DNA of 64,000 nt from Candidatus Heimdallarchaeota archaeon (GTDB taxonomy: Archaea > Asgardarchaeota > Heimdallarchaeia > Heimdallarchaeales > Heimdallarchaeaceae): assembly GCA_019057375.1 (NCBI GenBank), contig DXJF01000097.1, forward strand, positions 22,313 to 86,312, given 5' to 3'. Below are positions 46,075 through 55,260 of the stretch, one piece after another (position 1 is the stretch's first letter; every line of letters starts with the position of its first letter). Below the pieces are notes generated by a model, which saw only the letters and a program-made list of their open reading frames with translations, was not told the origin of the DNA and did no database searches. Position numbers and translations under genes: made by a program.

Positions 46075-46992
46075 TCATTTCTTCTTGGACTTTTCTTTTG
46101 GTTTTTCTTCCACCTTATCTTCTTTCTTTGGTTTAGAAGCTTTATCGTCTTTCTTTGGTTTTTCTTCTACCTTATCTTCTTTCTTTGGTTTAGAAGCTTT
46201 ATCAACTTCTTCCAGTTCTTCAAACTCGTCTTTAGGTTTCTTCTTTTTCTTCTTACTCTCTTCTTCTGTGATTTTTTCGAGTTCTTCATCGATATCTGGA
46301 AACTCTTCTAATTCTTCAATAACTTCTTCGCTAACTTCTTCGATGATTTCAGGTTCTTCTTCTATACCAGTATCCACTATCATGGATGTTGAAGTTGGTT
46401 CAGCTTCAATAGTAATGTCATCCGGTAAAATTGCATCGCCTCTCATGATTCGAACTTGAACCCCTATTAATCCTCGTCGTATGAGGGCTGTTGCTTTTCC
46501 TAAATCGACATATCGCTCTGCAGGGTCTCCTGCCTTTGCAACAAAACCAGCTCTGAATGTTTCAACTCTTGCTCTTTGACTAGTGATTTTTCCACTAATC
46601 TTTATTTCAATACCTTTGGCTCCAACTGACAATATACGTCTAATTATACCATGAGCGCTTCTACGAAAATGACGTCCCCTCTCTAAAGAAGATGCTAAAC
46701 GATAAGCCATAATACGGGCATCAAGTTCTGGATTTTCTACTTCGGTTACTTCAATTTGTGGATTATCTAACTCGTATTGCTCGCGTAAAGCTTCAGTGAT
46801 CCTGTGGATGTTTCTTCCTCTTCCCCCAATCGCTAATCCTACTCTCCCCACTCTAAGAATAACACGATCTCCCAAAGGTGTTCTTCTAAGTTCAACCCCA
46901 CCATATTCAGCATTTTTCAACTCCTCAGCTAAATATTCATCAATTGCATTTCTTTGGTATTTTTTTAATAGATAGTCTTTTGTTGTAGGCAT
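46075..46992 (-). CDS. rps3: Ribosomal protein uS3 with ~105-aa acidic/lysine-rich C-terminal extension
   Basis: KH domain (IGGRGRNI), GIEIKISGK, G.IG.QVRIM. Confidence 0.96.
   Translation of the reverse strand: MPTTKDYLLKKYQRNAIDEYLAEELKNAEYGGVELRRTPLGDRVILRVGRVGLAIGGRGRNIHRITEALREQYELDNPQIEVTEVENPELDARIMAYRLASSLERGRHFRRSAHGIIRRILSVGAKGIEIKISGKITSQRARVETFRAGFVAKAGDPAERYVDLGKATALIRRGLIGVQVRIMRGDAILPDDITIEAEPTSTSMIVDTGIEEEPEIIEEVSEEVIEELEEFPDIDEELEKITEEESKKKKKKPKDEFEELEEVDKASKPKKEDKVEEKPKKDDKASKPKKEDKVEEKPKEKSKKK
46097..46203 (-). repeat. 57-bp period tandem duplication in the uS3 tail (DKASKPKKEDKVEEKPK x2)
   Basis: 46097-46146 and 46154-46203 are identical at 49/50 nt. Confidence 0.9.
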
Positions 46993-46997
46993 AATTA

Positions 46998-47462
46998 TCA
47001 CATCTCAGCTACTTCTGCTACTAATTCAACATGGATGAATTGTCTCATTTTAGGTGAAGAACTTCCATGAGCTCGGTAAAACATACCTTGTTGTCTTGTT
47101 CCTTGTAGAGTTACAGCATGAGTAATCCTACATTTATCTAACTGTAATTGATTATTTTCAGCATTGTTTTCTAGATTTCTTACAACTTTAAGAATCTCTG
47201 TTGCAGCTTTTACAGGATATCTGCCACCTGTCCAACCAACTACGCTACTTTTGTGTCCTACATTATTTTTGAATCGTCTATATGGGACTGCAAGTTTTTT
47301 ATCAATTACAGCCTCAAGATACTCAATAGATTGATGAATTGTCATACCCTTAATTGTGTTACAAACTTCGCGAGCTGCCTTTCTACTAACATCTATACCT
47401 CTTGCAGAGGCTTTGGCTGATCTGTCAGGATCTGTTTGAACTGAATATTTGTATTTTGGCAA
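46998..47462 (-). CDS. rpl22: Ribosomal protein uL22
   Basis: REVCNTIKGM, GRYPVKAA, RAHG; TTG start. Confidence 0.95.
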   Translation of the reverse strand: MPKYKYSVQTDPDRSAKASARGIDVSRKAAREVCNTIKGMTIHQSIEYLEAVIDKKLAVPYRRFKNNVGHKSSVVGWTGGRYPVKAATEILKVVRNLENNAENNQLQLDKCRITHAVTLQGTRQQGMFYRAHGSSSPKMRQFIHVELVAEVAEM

Positions 47463-47684
47463 TCTTATATCTCCTGTATATTCTTGTTACTATTAACTAC
47501 ATTAGCGAGTAAGAGTACAATTTTTAAGGTTTATTAACGAATACAAATTGTATTTATTATTACCCGGCAAGTAAAATCGACTATTTGTTATTTAAAATGG
47601 TTTTCTTTAATGAGCAAATAAAAGAAAGAACAATTAAATTATTTTCTGAAAGTTTTTCAGCATTTAATTTCAATTTTTGAAAAA

Positions 47685-47708
47685 CTTAACGATAACAACT
47701 ATTAAAAA
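47685..47708 (+). promoter_or_regulatory. Promoter (BRE/TATA region) of the rps17 operon
   Basis: CTTAACGATAACAACTATTAAAAA, 22/24 identical to 51790-51813. Confidence 0.6.
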
Positions 47709-47759
47709 GATAAATGATGGAGGAAATCTGTCGATATAGTTTCGAATTAGATAAAAACT

Positions 47760-47826
47760 AAAAACAGGTATGTGACGTCTTACTCCAAAAGAAGTTTTGG
47801 AGCCGAGATTGTTTTCCTGTGTTTTT
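47760..47826 (+). promoter_or_regulatory. Structured 5' leader upstream of rps17
   Basis: Perfect hairpin CTCCAAAA-GAAG-TTTTGGAG (47783-47802) inside ACAGG/CCTGT outer stem. Confidence 0.45.
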
Positions 47827-47874
47827 AACATGGGGAAATATGGGTATAAGACGCTTTACCGAGGTGACAAAAAA

Positions 47875-48207
47875 ATGAGTGAAGTAAGGAATATAGGTGT
47901 TCCCGGAGTGGAACCACCTTCCACAGAATGTGAAGATCCACGTTGTCCTTTTCATGGTAAACTTCCGGTTAGGGGTAGGATATTCACAGGAAAAGTGGTT
48001 TCTGACAAAATGAGACGAACTGTCGTTATTAGGAGAGATTATCTTCAGTATGTGAAAAAGTACAGAAGATATGAACGTGCTCATGGAAAGATTTCTGCCC
48101 ATAACCCTCCTTGTTTAAATGTTAAAGAAGGGGATATGGTTTTAGCAGCAGAATGCCGACCACTCGCAAAAACTGTGAGTTTTGTTGTTATACAAAAATT
48201 AAACTAA
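47875..48207 (+). CDS. rps17: Ribosomal protein uS17
   Basis: [24 protein letters not shown]; GAGGTGA SD before ATG 47875. Confidence 0.96.
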   Translation: MSEVRNIGVPGVEPPSTECEDPRCPFHGKLPVRGRIFTGKVVSDKMRRTVVIRRDYLQYVKKYRRYERAHGKISAHNPPCLNVKEGDMVLAAECRPLAKTVSFVVIQKLN

Positions 48208-48216
48208 GGTGATAAA

Positions 48217-48633
48217 ATGGCAAAAAGAAAAACAGTCGGAAGGACTCAAGTTCATATCACTAAAGGATTGATGGTTGGTTCTAGAATACGCTGCGCAGAT
48301 AATTCTGGTGCAAGAATTGTGCAAATTATTGCAGTAAAACATTATAGAGGAAGATTAAACAGGATTCCTAAAGCTTCTGTTGCAGATATGGTTATAGTAT
48401 CTGTGAAGCAAGGAACTCCTCAAAGAAGAAAACAAATCTTCCCTGCAGTGGTTGTAAGACAACGTTCCGCTTATCGTAGAAGATCAGGAGATTGGATACA
48501 ATTTGAGGAAAATGCAGTGGTTCTTACAAATGAAGTAGGAGATCCACTAGGAAGCGAGATTAGAGGACCAGTTGCTAAGGAAGCAGCAGAAAAATGGCCA
48601 AGAATAGCTCATCAAGCTTCCATAATCGTATAG
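48217..48633 (+). CDS. rpl14: Ribosomal protein uL14
   Basis: ADNSGA, FEENAVV, GPVAKE. Confidence 0.97.
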   Translation: MAKRKTVGRTQVHITKGLMVGSRIRCADNSGARIVQIIAVKHYRGRLNRIPKASVADMVIVSVKQGTPQRRKQIFPAVVVRQRSAYRRRSGDWIQFEENAVVLTNEVGDPLGSEIRGPVAKEAAEKWPRIAHQASIIV

Positions 48634-48642
48634 GTGATTAAA

Positions 48643-49209
48643 ATGAAACAATCAAAGTCAATACAACCTCGTAAGCAGAGGAAGAGTCATTTCAAAGCTG
48701 AATATCATATCCGAAATCGTAAAATGACTGCGCCATTATCTCATGCATTAAGAGAAAAATATGGTGTCCGCCGTTTACCTATACATAGAAACGATAAGGT
48801 AACAGTCTTCAAAAACAAATCACTAGACGAAGAAATTAAAGGAAAAGTCATTAGGGTTTTACCACAAAGATATGCCGTTCATATTGAAGGACACAGTAAA
48901 GAAAAAGCAGATGGAACTATTGTCAGCTTTCCAGTTCATCCAAGTAATATTGTGATAACCTCATTAAATTTAAGAGATAAAAAGAGACGTGCTATTATTC
49001 AGCGAAGGTCTAGAAAAGAAATAACTGATGAAGAGTTAGCTGAAGATATTTTTGACGAAGATGAAGAGTTAGCTGAAGAACTAGAAGATCTCGATATGCT
49101 AGAAGATGAAGATATCCTCGAAGAAGATTTCGAAGATCTTGATATAGATGAATTAGATGAAGGAGAAGAAGAAACTCCTGACACTGAAGCCAAGGAGGAA
49201 TCAGAATGA
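48643..49209 (+). CDS. rpl24: Ribosomal protein uL24 with acidic C-terminal tail
   Basis: QPRKQRK, L..KYGVR..P, HPSNIVI; about 65-aa E/D-rich tail. Confidence 0.95.
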   Translation: MKQSKSIQPRKQRKSHFKAEYHIRNRKMTAPLSHALREKYGVRRLPIHRNDKVTVFKNKSLDEEIKGKVIRVLPQRYAVHIEGHSKEKADGTIVSFPVHPSNIVITSLNLRDKKRRAIIQRRSRKEITDEELAEDIFDEDEELAEELEDLDMLEDEDILEEDFEDLDIDELDEGEEETPDTEAKEESE

Positions 49210-49952
49210 CCAAGGGCGGTGGAAAAAGACATCTGAAGAGATATGTGGTATCTAAACATGTCCCCATCAGTAAAAAAACTGATAAATACGCTGTCAGACC
49301 TTCCCCAGGTCCTCATGCAGCATATGATTGTATTCCTGTAGCTATTCTACTAAGAGATATGTTCCATGTTGCAAGAAACATGAGTGAAGTTAAACGTATT
49401 CTCTATGAAAGAAATGTTATCGTTGATGGAAGAGTTAAAACAAACAGAAAATACCCTCTAGGGTTTATGGATGTTTTATCTTTGCCCAAAATGCAGAAGC
49501 ACTATAGGATGATTTACACAATTAAGAAAGGATTAAGAGCTATCCCAATCGATGAAAACGAAATAACTGAAAAACTGTGTCAAATAAAGAACAAAACCAC
49601 AATTAAAGATGGTTTAATACAACTAAATTTACATGACGGAAGAAATATAGTTCTTAGCAAAGAAGAAAATAAAAATGCAACTTATGCTACTCATGATACA
49701 CTAAAAATTTCTCTACCTGAACAAAAGATTCTAGAAAAATTCGAGCTTAAAGTAGGAACTTATGGATTTGTTACTAGTGGAAGATGGATGGGTAGGCATG
49801 GTGCTATTGAAGAAATTAGTGCTCATGGAACTAAGAAAACAAAAACTGTTACCCTTAGTACTCCTGATGGTGAAAAAATAGTTACACTCTACAGATATAT
49901 TTTCGTTGTAGGAAATCAATCTCCAAGTGTGACAATTGAAGGTAAGAAGTAG
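49206..49952 (+). CDS. rps4e: Ribosomal protein eS4
   Basis: HLKR, PSPGPH, VDGRV..YP.GFMDV. Confidence 0.96.
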   Translation: MTKGGGKRHLKRYVVSKHVPISKKTDKYAVRPSPGPHAAYDCIPVAILLRDMFHVARNMSEVKRILYERNVIVDGRVKTNRKYPLGFMDVLSLPKMQKHYRMIYTIKKGLRAIPIDENEITEKLCQIKNKTTIKDGLIQLNLHDGRNIVLSKEENKNATYATHDTLKISLPEQKILEKFELKVGTYGFVTSGRWMGRHGAIEEISAHGTKKTKTVTLSTPDGEKIVTLYRYIFVVGNQSPSVTIEGKK

Positions 49953-49962
49953 GTGATGATTG

Positions 49963-50529
49963 ATGACAGAAGAAGTAATGGAACAAACACAATTTGAGCC
50001 TAAATTTGCTGAAGAATGGAAAAAGAATCCAATGAAAAAGCCAAAGCTAAAAGCTCTTATCGTCAATACATGTGTCGGTGAATCAGGTCCAAGATATGAA
50101 CGTTCAAAGGAAATTCTAAGACAAATAACCAAAAGAGAGCCTGTTGATCGGCAAGCAAAAGAATCTATCAGAGGTTTTAACATCAGAAAAGGTGAACCAA
50201 TTGCTTCACTTGTAACCCTGAGGGGCGAGGAAGCTGGTAAAGCCTTGAAACGATTTTTGTATGCGTATGATTACGAAGTTAAGTATTCATCTTTTGATGA
50301 ACAAGGTAACTTTGCATTTGGTATAACAGAACATGTTGATATTGAAGATGCACCATTTGACCCTATGTTAGGAACTATTGGTTTTAATGTAGTTGTTAAA
50401 ATTGAAAGAGCTGGATATAGACTCAAATATCGCCAAAGAAAAAGACAAAGTATCCCAAAAAAACACTTGATAAGTCCTGAAGAAGCCATGGAGTATCTAG
50501 TGACAGAATTTGGGGTGAAGGTAATATAG
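49963..50529 (+). CDS. rpl5: Ribosomal protein uL5
   Basis: NPM..P.L, F.IRKG.PI, FD..GNF.FGI.EH. Confidence 0.95.
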   Translation: MTEEVMEQTQFEPKFAEEWKKNPMKKPKLKALIVNTCVGESGPRYERSKEILRQITKREPVDRQAKESIRGFNIRKGEPIASLVTLRGEEAGKALKRFLYAYDYEVKYSSFDEQGNFAFGITEHVDIEDAPFDPMLGTIGFNVVVKIERAGYRLKYRQRKRQSIPKKHLISPEEAMEYLVTEFGVKVI

Positions 50530-50538
50530 GTGACGGAA

Positions 50539-50706
50539 ATGCAAGAGAAAAGAGAAATTAAATATGGTAAAGGCTCAAGAAGATGCAGACGTTGTGGTAC
50601 TCATCAAGCTATAATAAGGCGAGGAGGACTATATGTTTGTAGACGATGCATTAGAGAGATATACGCCAAAATAGGTTTCAAGAAAACCGGCGGTAGAGGA
50701 GGATAA
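50539..50706 (+). CDS. rps14: Ribosomal protein uS14 (55 aa, absent from ORF track)
   Basis: Manual translation ...YGKGSRRCRRCGTHQAIIRRGGLYVCRRCIRE...IGFKK. Confidence 0.95.
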   Translation: MQEKREIKYGKGSRRCRRCGTHQAIIRRGGLYVCRRCIREIYAKIGFKKTGGRGG

Positions 50707-50719
50707 GGAGGTAATAAAA

Positions 50720-51109
50720 ATGCAAATGGATACACTAGCAGATGCCTTAACATCAATTTTGAATGCTGAAAAAACTGGAAAGAAAACCGTCACTGTCAAA
50801 CCTGCAAGTAAAATAATAGCTAATGTTTTGCGAACAGTTCAAAGAGCAGGTTATCTAGGAGAACTAGAATATATCGAAAATAACAGAGGGGGAATGTTCG
50901 ACATCCAACTTTTAGGTCGTATAAACAAGTGTGGTGTTATCAAACCTCGTTTTCCGATCCAGAAAGATGAATTTGAGGATGAAGAACGTGCATATCTCCC
51001 CGCAAGAGGATTCGGTATACTTGTAGTTACTACCTCAGAAGGCGTTATGACACACGAAGATGCAAAAGAGAAAAGCATCGGTGGTCGTTTATTGGCTTAC
51101 ATATACTAA
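50720..51109 (+). CDS. rps8: Ribosomal protein uS8
   Basis: DTLADAL..I.NAE, GRINKCGVIKPRF, GGRLLAY. Confidence 0.97.
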   Translation: MQMDTLADALTSILNAEKTGKKTVTVKPASKIIANVLRTVQRAGYLGELEYIENNRGGMFDIQLLGRINKCGVIKPRFPIQKDEFEDEERAYLPARGFGILVVTTSEGVMTHEDAKEKSIGGRLLAYIY

Positions 51110-51119
51110 GGTGATAAAA

Positions 51120-51671
51120 ATGAAACAGTTATACATCGAAAGAAGTATCGAACTTCCAGAAGATTTGAAGATAACCGTTAAAGATCGACATGTAACAATT
51201 GAAGGACCTAAAGGTACTTTAACAAAAAACTTTGATCCAACTGATGTTGAAATTACAAAGAAAGGCAAAAAAGTTGATATCAAGGCTTATTATATAAACA
51301 AAAAACGAAAAGCAGCAACCCTTGCAGTAGTTGGGTACATAAACAACATGATCAAGGGCGTAATGCAGGGTTATACTTATAAATCTAAGATTGTTTTTAG
51401 TCACTTTCCGTTAACAGTTGAACCAGACAATAAGAAGAAAATTATAACCATCAAGAATTTGTATGGTGGTCGTAAGCACATAATTGTTCCTATAGTTGGT
51501 TCTGAAACTTCAGTTAAAGTTGATAAAGATGATGTCATCATCGAAGGCATTGATAAAGAAGCAGTGGGTCAAACAACAGCTAATATGCAAGAAGCATGTA
51601 GGTTAAGGGGTAAAAGAAAGAAGGACCCAGAAACCTTCATGGATGGCGTTTGGCTTTGGGATAAAGAATAA
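51120..51671 (+). CDS. rpl6: Ribosomal protein uL6
   Basis: GPKG.L, NMIKGV..GY, SHFP, KDP..F.DG; ATG 51120 follows SD. Confidence 0.95.
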   Translation: MKQLYIERSIELPEDLKITVKDRHVTIEGPKGTLTKNFDPTDVEITKKGKKVDIKAYYINKKRKAATLAVVGYINNMIKGVMQGYTYKSKIVFSHFPLTVEPDNKKKIITIKNLYGGRKHIIVPIVGSETSVKVDKDDVIIEGIDKEAVGQTTANMQEACRLRGKRKKDPETFMDGVWLWDKE

Positions 51672-51673
51672 TC

Positions 51674-51700
51674 CCTTCTTTTTTATTTTTCATTTTTAAT
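51674..51700 (+). terminator. Oligo-T terminator after rpl6
   Basis: CTTCTTTTTTATTTTTCATTTTT right after the stop codon. Confidence 0.45.
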
Positions 51701-51789
51701 ATTTATTTAGTTTCTAATACTTCTAAATTTGAATACGAATTTTATTATTATTATTTTTTAGGAGACTTTATAATTCTGTTCTAGAATTT

Positions 51790-51813
51790 CTTAACGATAA
51801 AAAGTATTAAAAA
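51790..51813 (+). promoter_or_regulatory. Internal promoter upstream of rpl32e
   Basis: CTTAACGATAAAAAGTATTAAAAA, near-identical to the rps17 upstream motif. Confidence 0.6.
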
Positions 51814-51866
51814 CACCAGAAAGTAGGTAGCATAATTACGAAGGTAACATTCTACCGTGAGTGCCT

Positions 51867-52394
51867 ATGACAGTCAATAAAAAACGATTGTTGGAAAAAC
51901 GAAAAAAAATCAATGCTCGTAGACCTAACTTTGTACGTCAAGAAAGTTGGCGTTACAATAGAGTCAAGAAAAGTTGGCGAAAGCCCAAGGGTATTGATAA
52001 CAAAATGAAAGAAAAACGCAAAGGTGTTCCTGCAATGGTCAGCGTTGGTTATAGAGGACCAAAAGCTGTCAGAGGTCTGCATCCTTCGGGTTATCAGGTA
52101 GTTCATGTTGCTAATATCTACGAACTTGATAAAGTAGATAAAGAGACTGAAGCAGTAATGATTCAGCACACTGTGGGGTCTCGCAAAAGGCAAACAATTC
52201 TCGACACAGCAGCAGATTTGGGTTTGAAAGTACTGAATCCACCCGCTCGAATTGAAGAGTTTGGTGAAGTACTCGAAGATACTATGCTTGAGGAAGAGTA
52301 TGAACTATTAGATGAAGACTTCGAATTGGATGAAGATTTCGAGTTGGACGAAGACCTTGAAAAAGATGAAGAGTCGGAAGATGATTCTTCATAG
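51867..52394 (+). CDS. rpl32e: Ribosomal protein eL32 with acidic C-terminal tail
   Basis: FVRQE, WRKPKGIDNK, GLHPSG; LDEDFE repeats in tail. Confidence 0.96.
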   Translation: MTVNKKRLLEKRKKINARRPNFVRQESWRYNRVKKSWRKPKGIDNKMKEKRKGVPAMVSVGYRGPKAVRGLHPSGYQVVHVANIYELDKVDKETEAVMIQHTVGSRKRQTILDTAADLGLKVLNPPARIEEFGEVLEDTMLEEEYELLDEDFELDEDFELDEDLEKDEESEDDSS

Positions 52395-52420
52395 AACAAA
52401 ACTAACGTGAGGTTAAGTTT

Positions 52421-52885
52421 ATGGATGTAAAAACTCAAAGAAAAATAGCTGCTAAAGTATTAAAGGTCGGTGTTAACAGAGTTATAATCGAACCTGATAG
52501 TTTAAGTGATGTTGCTTTAGCGATTACTAGAGAGGATATTAGGCGTCATATAGATGACGGCGATATCAGGAAAAGAAAGATTAAAGGAATTAGTAGAGGG
52601 AGAGTAAGAGCTGTTGCGGCTAAGAAGAGAAAGGGTCAAAGAATTGGTCCCGGTAGTCGTAAAGGTCCTAAATACTCCCGTCTTTCTGGTAAAGACAGAT
52701 GGATCTCAAAAATACGAGCTCAACGAAAATACCTTAAAAACCTTAGAGATGAAGGATATATTGATACTTTAAATTACAGAAAGTTATATCTCCAAGCTAA
52801 AGGTGGCCTTTTCCGCTCTGTACGCTATCTTCGAAATTATATTGCTGAACATGGTTTAGCAAAGAAACGTCTTCCTGAATTATAA
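52421..52885 (+). CDS. rpl19e: Ribosomal protein eL19
   Basis: QRKIAAK.LKVG..RV, G.GSRKG, LY...KGG.F. Confidence 0.96.
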   Translation: MDVKTQRKIAAKVLKVGVNRVIIEPDSLSDVALAITREDIRRHIDDGDIRKRKIKGISRGRVRAVAAKKRKGQRIGPGSRKGPKYSRLSGKDRWISKIRAQRKYLKNLRDEGYIDTLNYRKLYLQAKGGLFRSVRYLRNYIAEHGLAKKRLPEL

Positions 52886-52899
52886 TAAGGTGATAAAAG

Positions 52900-53541
52900 A
52901 TGTCAAGAAGAAGCAGAAAGGGTTATAAAAAGAAAAGGAAGCTGCAGCCAAAACGTCAAAGATATGGACCACTCTATAGAGTTCCATTTAGAAGACGCCG
53001 AGAAATGAAAACAGATTATAGACAACGAAAAAGACTCTTAAAATCTGGTAAAATTCGATTTATAGCAAGGCCTTCAAATAAGCAAGTTTTGGTTCAGTTC
53101 GTTGAATCAAAAATAGGCGGCGATCAAACTTTTGTTCAAGTAAGATCAAATGAATTGAAGAATCATGGATGGGATATAGCTACTTCAAATCTACCTGCAG
53201 CTTATCTTACTGGCTATCTAGCTGGTAAAAAAGCTCTAAAATCTAAAATTAAAGCGGCAATTTTAGATGTTGGTACATTTGCAGTAAATCCTGGAACAAG
53301 AATGTTTGCTACTCTCAAGGGAGTAGTAGACGCAGGGATAACAATTCCATACAATGATAAAATGATGCCTTCTGAAGATAGAATCAGGGGAGAACACATC
53401 CAATCTTATGCCAAATTATTAGCTAAAGAAGATAAGGAGAAATATAGTAAACTCTTTTCTAAATATCTCGAAGTTAATAAGAAGCCTGAGAATTTACCCT
53501 CGCTTTTCGATGAGGTAAAAGCTAAGATTGATACATTATAG
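52900..53541 (+). CDS. rpl18: Ribosomal protein uL18
   Basis: RRRRE.KTDY..R..L, N.PAAYLTG, RIRGEHI. Confidence 0.96.
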   Translation: MSRRSRKGYKKKRKLQPKRQRYGPLYRVPFRRRREMKTDYRQRKRLLKSGKIRFIARPSNKQVLVQFVESKIGGDQTFVQVRSNELKNHGWDIATSNLPAAYLTGYLAGKKALKSKIKAAILDVGTFAVNPGTRMFATLKGVVDAGITIPYNDKMMPSEDRIRGEHIQSYAKLLAKEDKEKYSKLFSKYLEVNKKPENLPSLFDEVKAKIDTL

Positions 53542-53549
53542 TGAGGTAG

Positions 53550-54194
53550 ATGAAAATGAGTAGAGATATGTTTTTAGATTTAGATGCATGGGAACCTCGA
53601 ACAAGAGTAGGAAGATTAGTTAAAGAAGGTAGAATTTCAAGCATCGACGAAATATTCCAACAGGGATTACCTCTGGTGGAACCTGAAATCATTGATATGT
53701 TATTCGGTGATACTCTTGAAGATGATGTAGTTGATATTAGTCTTGTTCAGAGACAAACAGACGCTGGTAGAAAACGTAAATTCCGCGCAACTGTTGTTGT
53801 AGGAAATCGTAATGGTTATGTTGGCGTTGGAGAAGCTAAGCTTAAAGAAATTGGTCCTGCTATCAAGAAAGCCATAGTTAATGCTAAATTAAATATTAGA
53901 CCTGTAAGAAGAGGATGTGGATCATGGGAATGCTCATGCGGAACTCAACATACAGTACCTTTCAAGGTTTCTGGAAAAGTAGGGTCAACTAAAGTTATCC
54001 TTTATCCTGCACCACGAGGTTTAGGTCTAGTAGTTGGAAATACTGCTAAAACTGTTCTAGAATTAGCAGGAATATCCGATGTATGGAGTAAGACATTTGG
54101 TGAAACTCGTACTACCTCAAACTTTGCTAAATCAACTTTTGAGGCATTAAAGAATAGTTATTCCATTATGGCTCCTTATGATTGGACAAGATAG
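53550..54194 (+). CDS. rps5: Ribosomal protein uS5
   Basis: [27 protein letters not shown]. Confidence 0.97.
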   Translation: MKMSRDMFLDLDAWEPRTRVGRLVKEGRISSIDEIFQQGLPLVEPEIIDMLFGDTLEDDVVDISLVQRQTDAGRKRKFRATVVVGNRNGYVGVGEAKLKEIGPAIKKAIVNAKLNIRPVRRGCGSWECSCGTQHTVPFKVSGKVGSTKVILYPAPRGLGLVVGNTAKTVLELAGISDVWSKTFGETRTTSNFAKSTFEALKNSYSIMAPYDWTR

Positions 54195-54207
54195 GAAAGT
54201 GAGAGAA

Positions 54208-54696
54208 ATGAGTCAAACTAAAGATAAACCAGAATTATTGGCAGTTATTCGATTAAGAGGAACAATCAATGTTCATTATAATGTTCGTGAAACTCTGAAG
54301 AATTTAAATGTTAGACGAACCAATTATATGACTCTTGTTCCTAACACTCCTTCATATATTGGTATGCTCAAAAAAGCTAAAGATTACCTAACATGGGGCG
54401 AAGTTAGTCAAGAGGCATTGGAATATGTTCTCACCAAAAGAGGAGAATTACCTGGTAGAACTAAAATTTCTAACAAATATCTGAAAGAAAATTCTTCCTA
54501 TACAACAATCAAAGCACTTTCCAAAGCATTAGTTAATGGAGAAACTAGCTTAGGTGAAATAACTGGGTTGAAAAAATTCTTCAGACTCCATCCTGCATCA
54601 AAAGGATATAAATCCATGAAACGCGGTTTTGCAGAAGGCGGAGATTTGGGGTATAGGGGAAATACAATAAACGAGCTAATAGTAAGGATGTCGTGA
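54208..54696 (+). CDS. rpl30: Ribosomal protein uL30
   Basis: AVIRLRG, TWGE, FRLHP..KG, G.LGYRG..IN.L. Confidence 0.96.
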   Translation: MSQTKDKPELLAVIRLRGTINVHYNVRETLKNLNVRRTNYMTLVPNTPSYIGMLKKAKDYLTWGEVSQEALEYVLTKRGELPGRTKISNKYLKENSSYTTIKALSKALVNGETSLGEITGLKKFFRLHPASKGYKSMKRGFAEGGDLGYRGNTINELIVRMS

Positions 54697-54701
54697 TGTT
54701 A

Positions 54702-55145
54702 ATGACAGTAAGAAAAAGAAAAAAGGTTAGAAGAGAACGTGGATACCGTACTCATGGCTGGGGAATTGTTCGAACTCACAGAGGAAGTGGTATGCGTGGT
54801 GGAGTTGGTAAAGCTGCCCCTATGTCACATCATTGGATTCAAACAGTTAAGGGACTTCGTCCTCCTATTGGAAAAAGAGGTTTTGTTCGTCCTCCTGCTG
54901 TAACTGAGAAGACCCATCAAATTAACATTTCTCATCTTGAAGCTATGATTCCCTCATTGTTAAATGAAGGCTTAGCAGTTAAGAAAGGAGAAAAATTTGA
55001 GATAAAACTGGAAGAACTTGGTTATACTAAATTACTTGCTCAAGGTAATGTAACTCTCCCAATGAGTATAACAGTTAATAAAGCATCTGAGAAAGCAATT
55101 GCCAAAATCAAAAAAGCTGGCGGTAAAGTAAACCTAATAGAATAG
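54702..55145 (+). CDS. rpl15: Ribosomal protein uL15
   Basis: RG.RTHG.G, RG.G.RGG.G.A, KLLAQG, A..KI..AGG. Confidence 0.96.
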   Translation: MTVRKRKKVRRERGYRTHGWGIVRTHRGSGMRGGVGKAAPMSHHWIQTVKGLRPPIGKRGFVRPPAVTEKTHQINISHLEAMIPSLLNEGLAVKKGEKFEIKLEELGYTKLLAQGNVTLPMSITVNKASEKAIAKIKKAGGKVNLIE

Positions 55146-55260
55146 ATTCTTTACCTCTATTCCTTATTTTTTCATTCATTTTTAAGATTTTAACCTATTC
55201 TAATGATGTTCTATTCCTTTCATTATACGAAAACCTTTTGTTTAAGTGCTCTAATCTGGG

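Noticed and set aside
47797-47874. N-terminal extension of uS17 from TTG 47797 (and of uL6 from 51060)
   Set aside because: Strong GGTGA Shine-Dalgarno motifs point to ATG 47875 and ATG 51120.
46085-52438. Ser-rich ORFs at 46085-46459, 48999-49316, 49010-49267 and 52163-52438
   Set aside because: Antisense shadows of the acidic r-protein tails.
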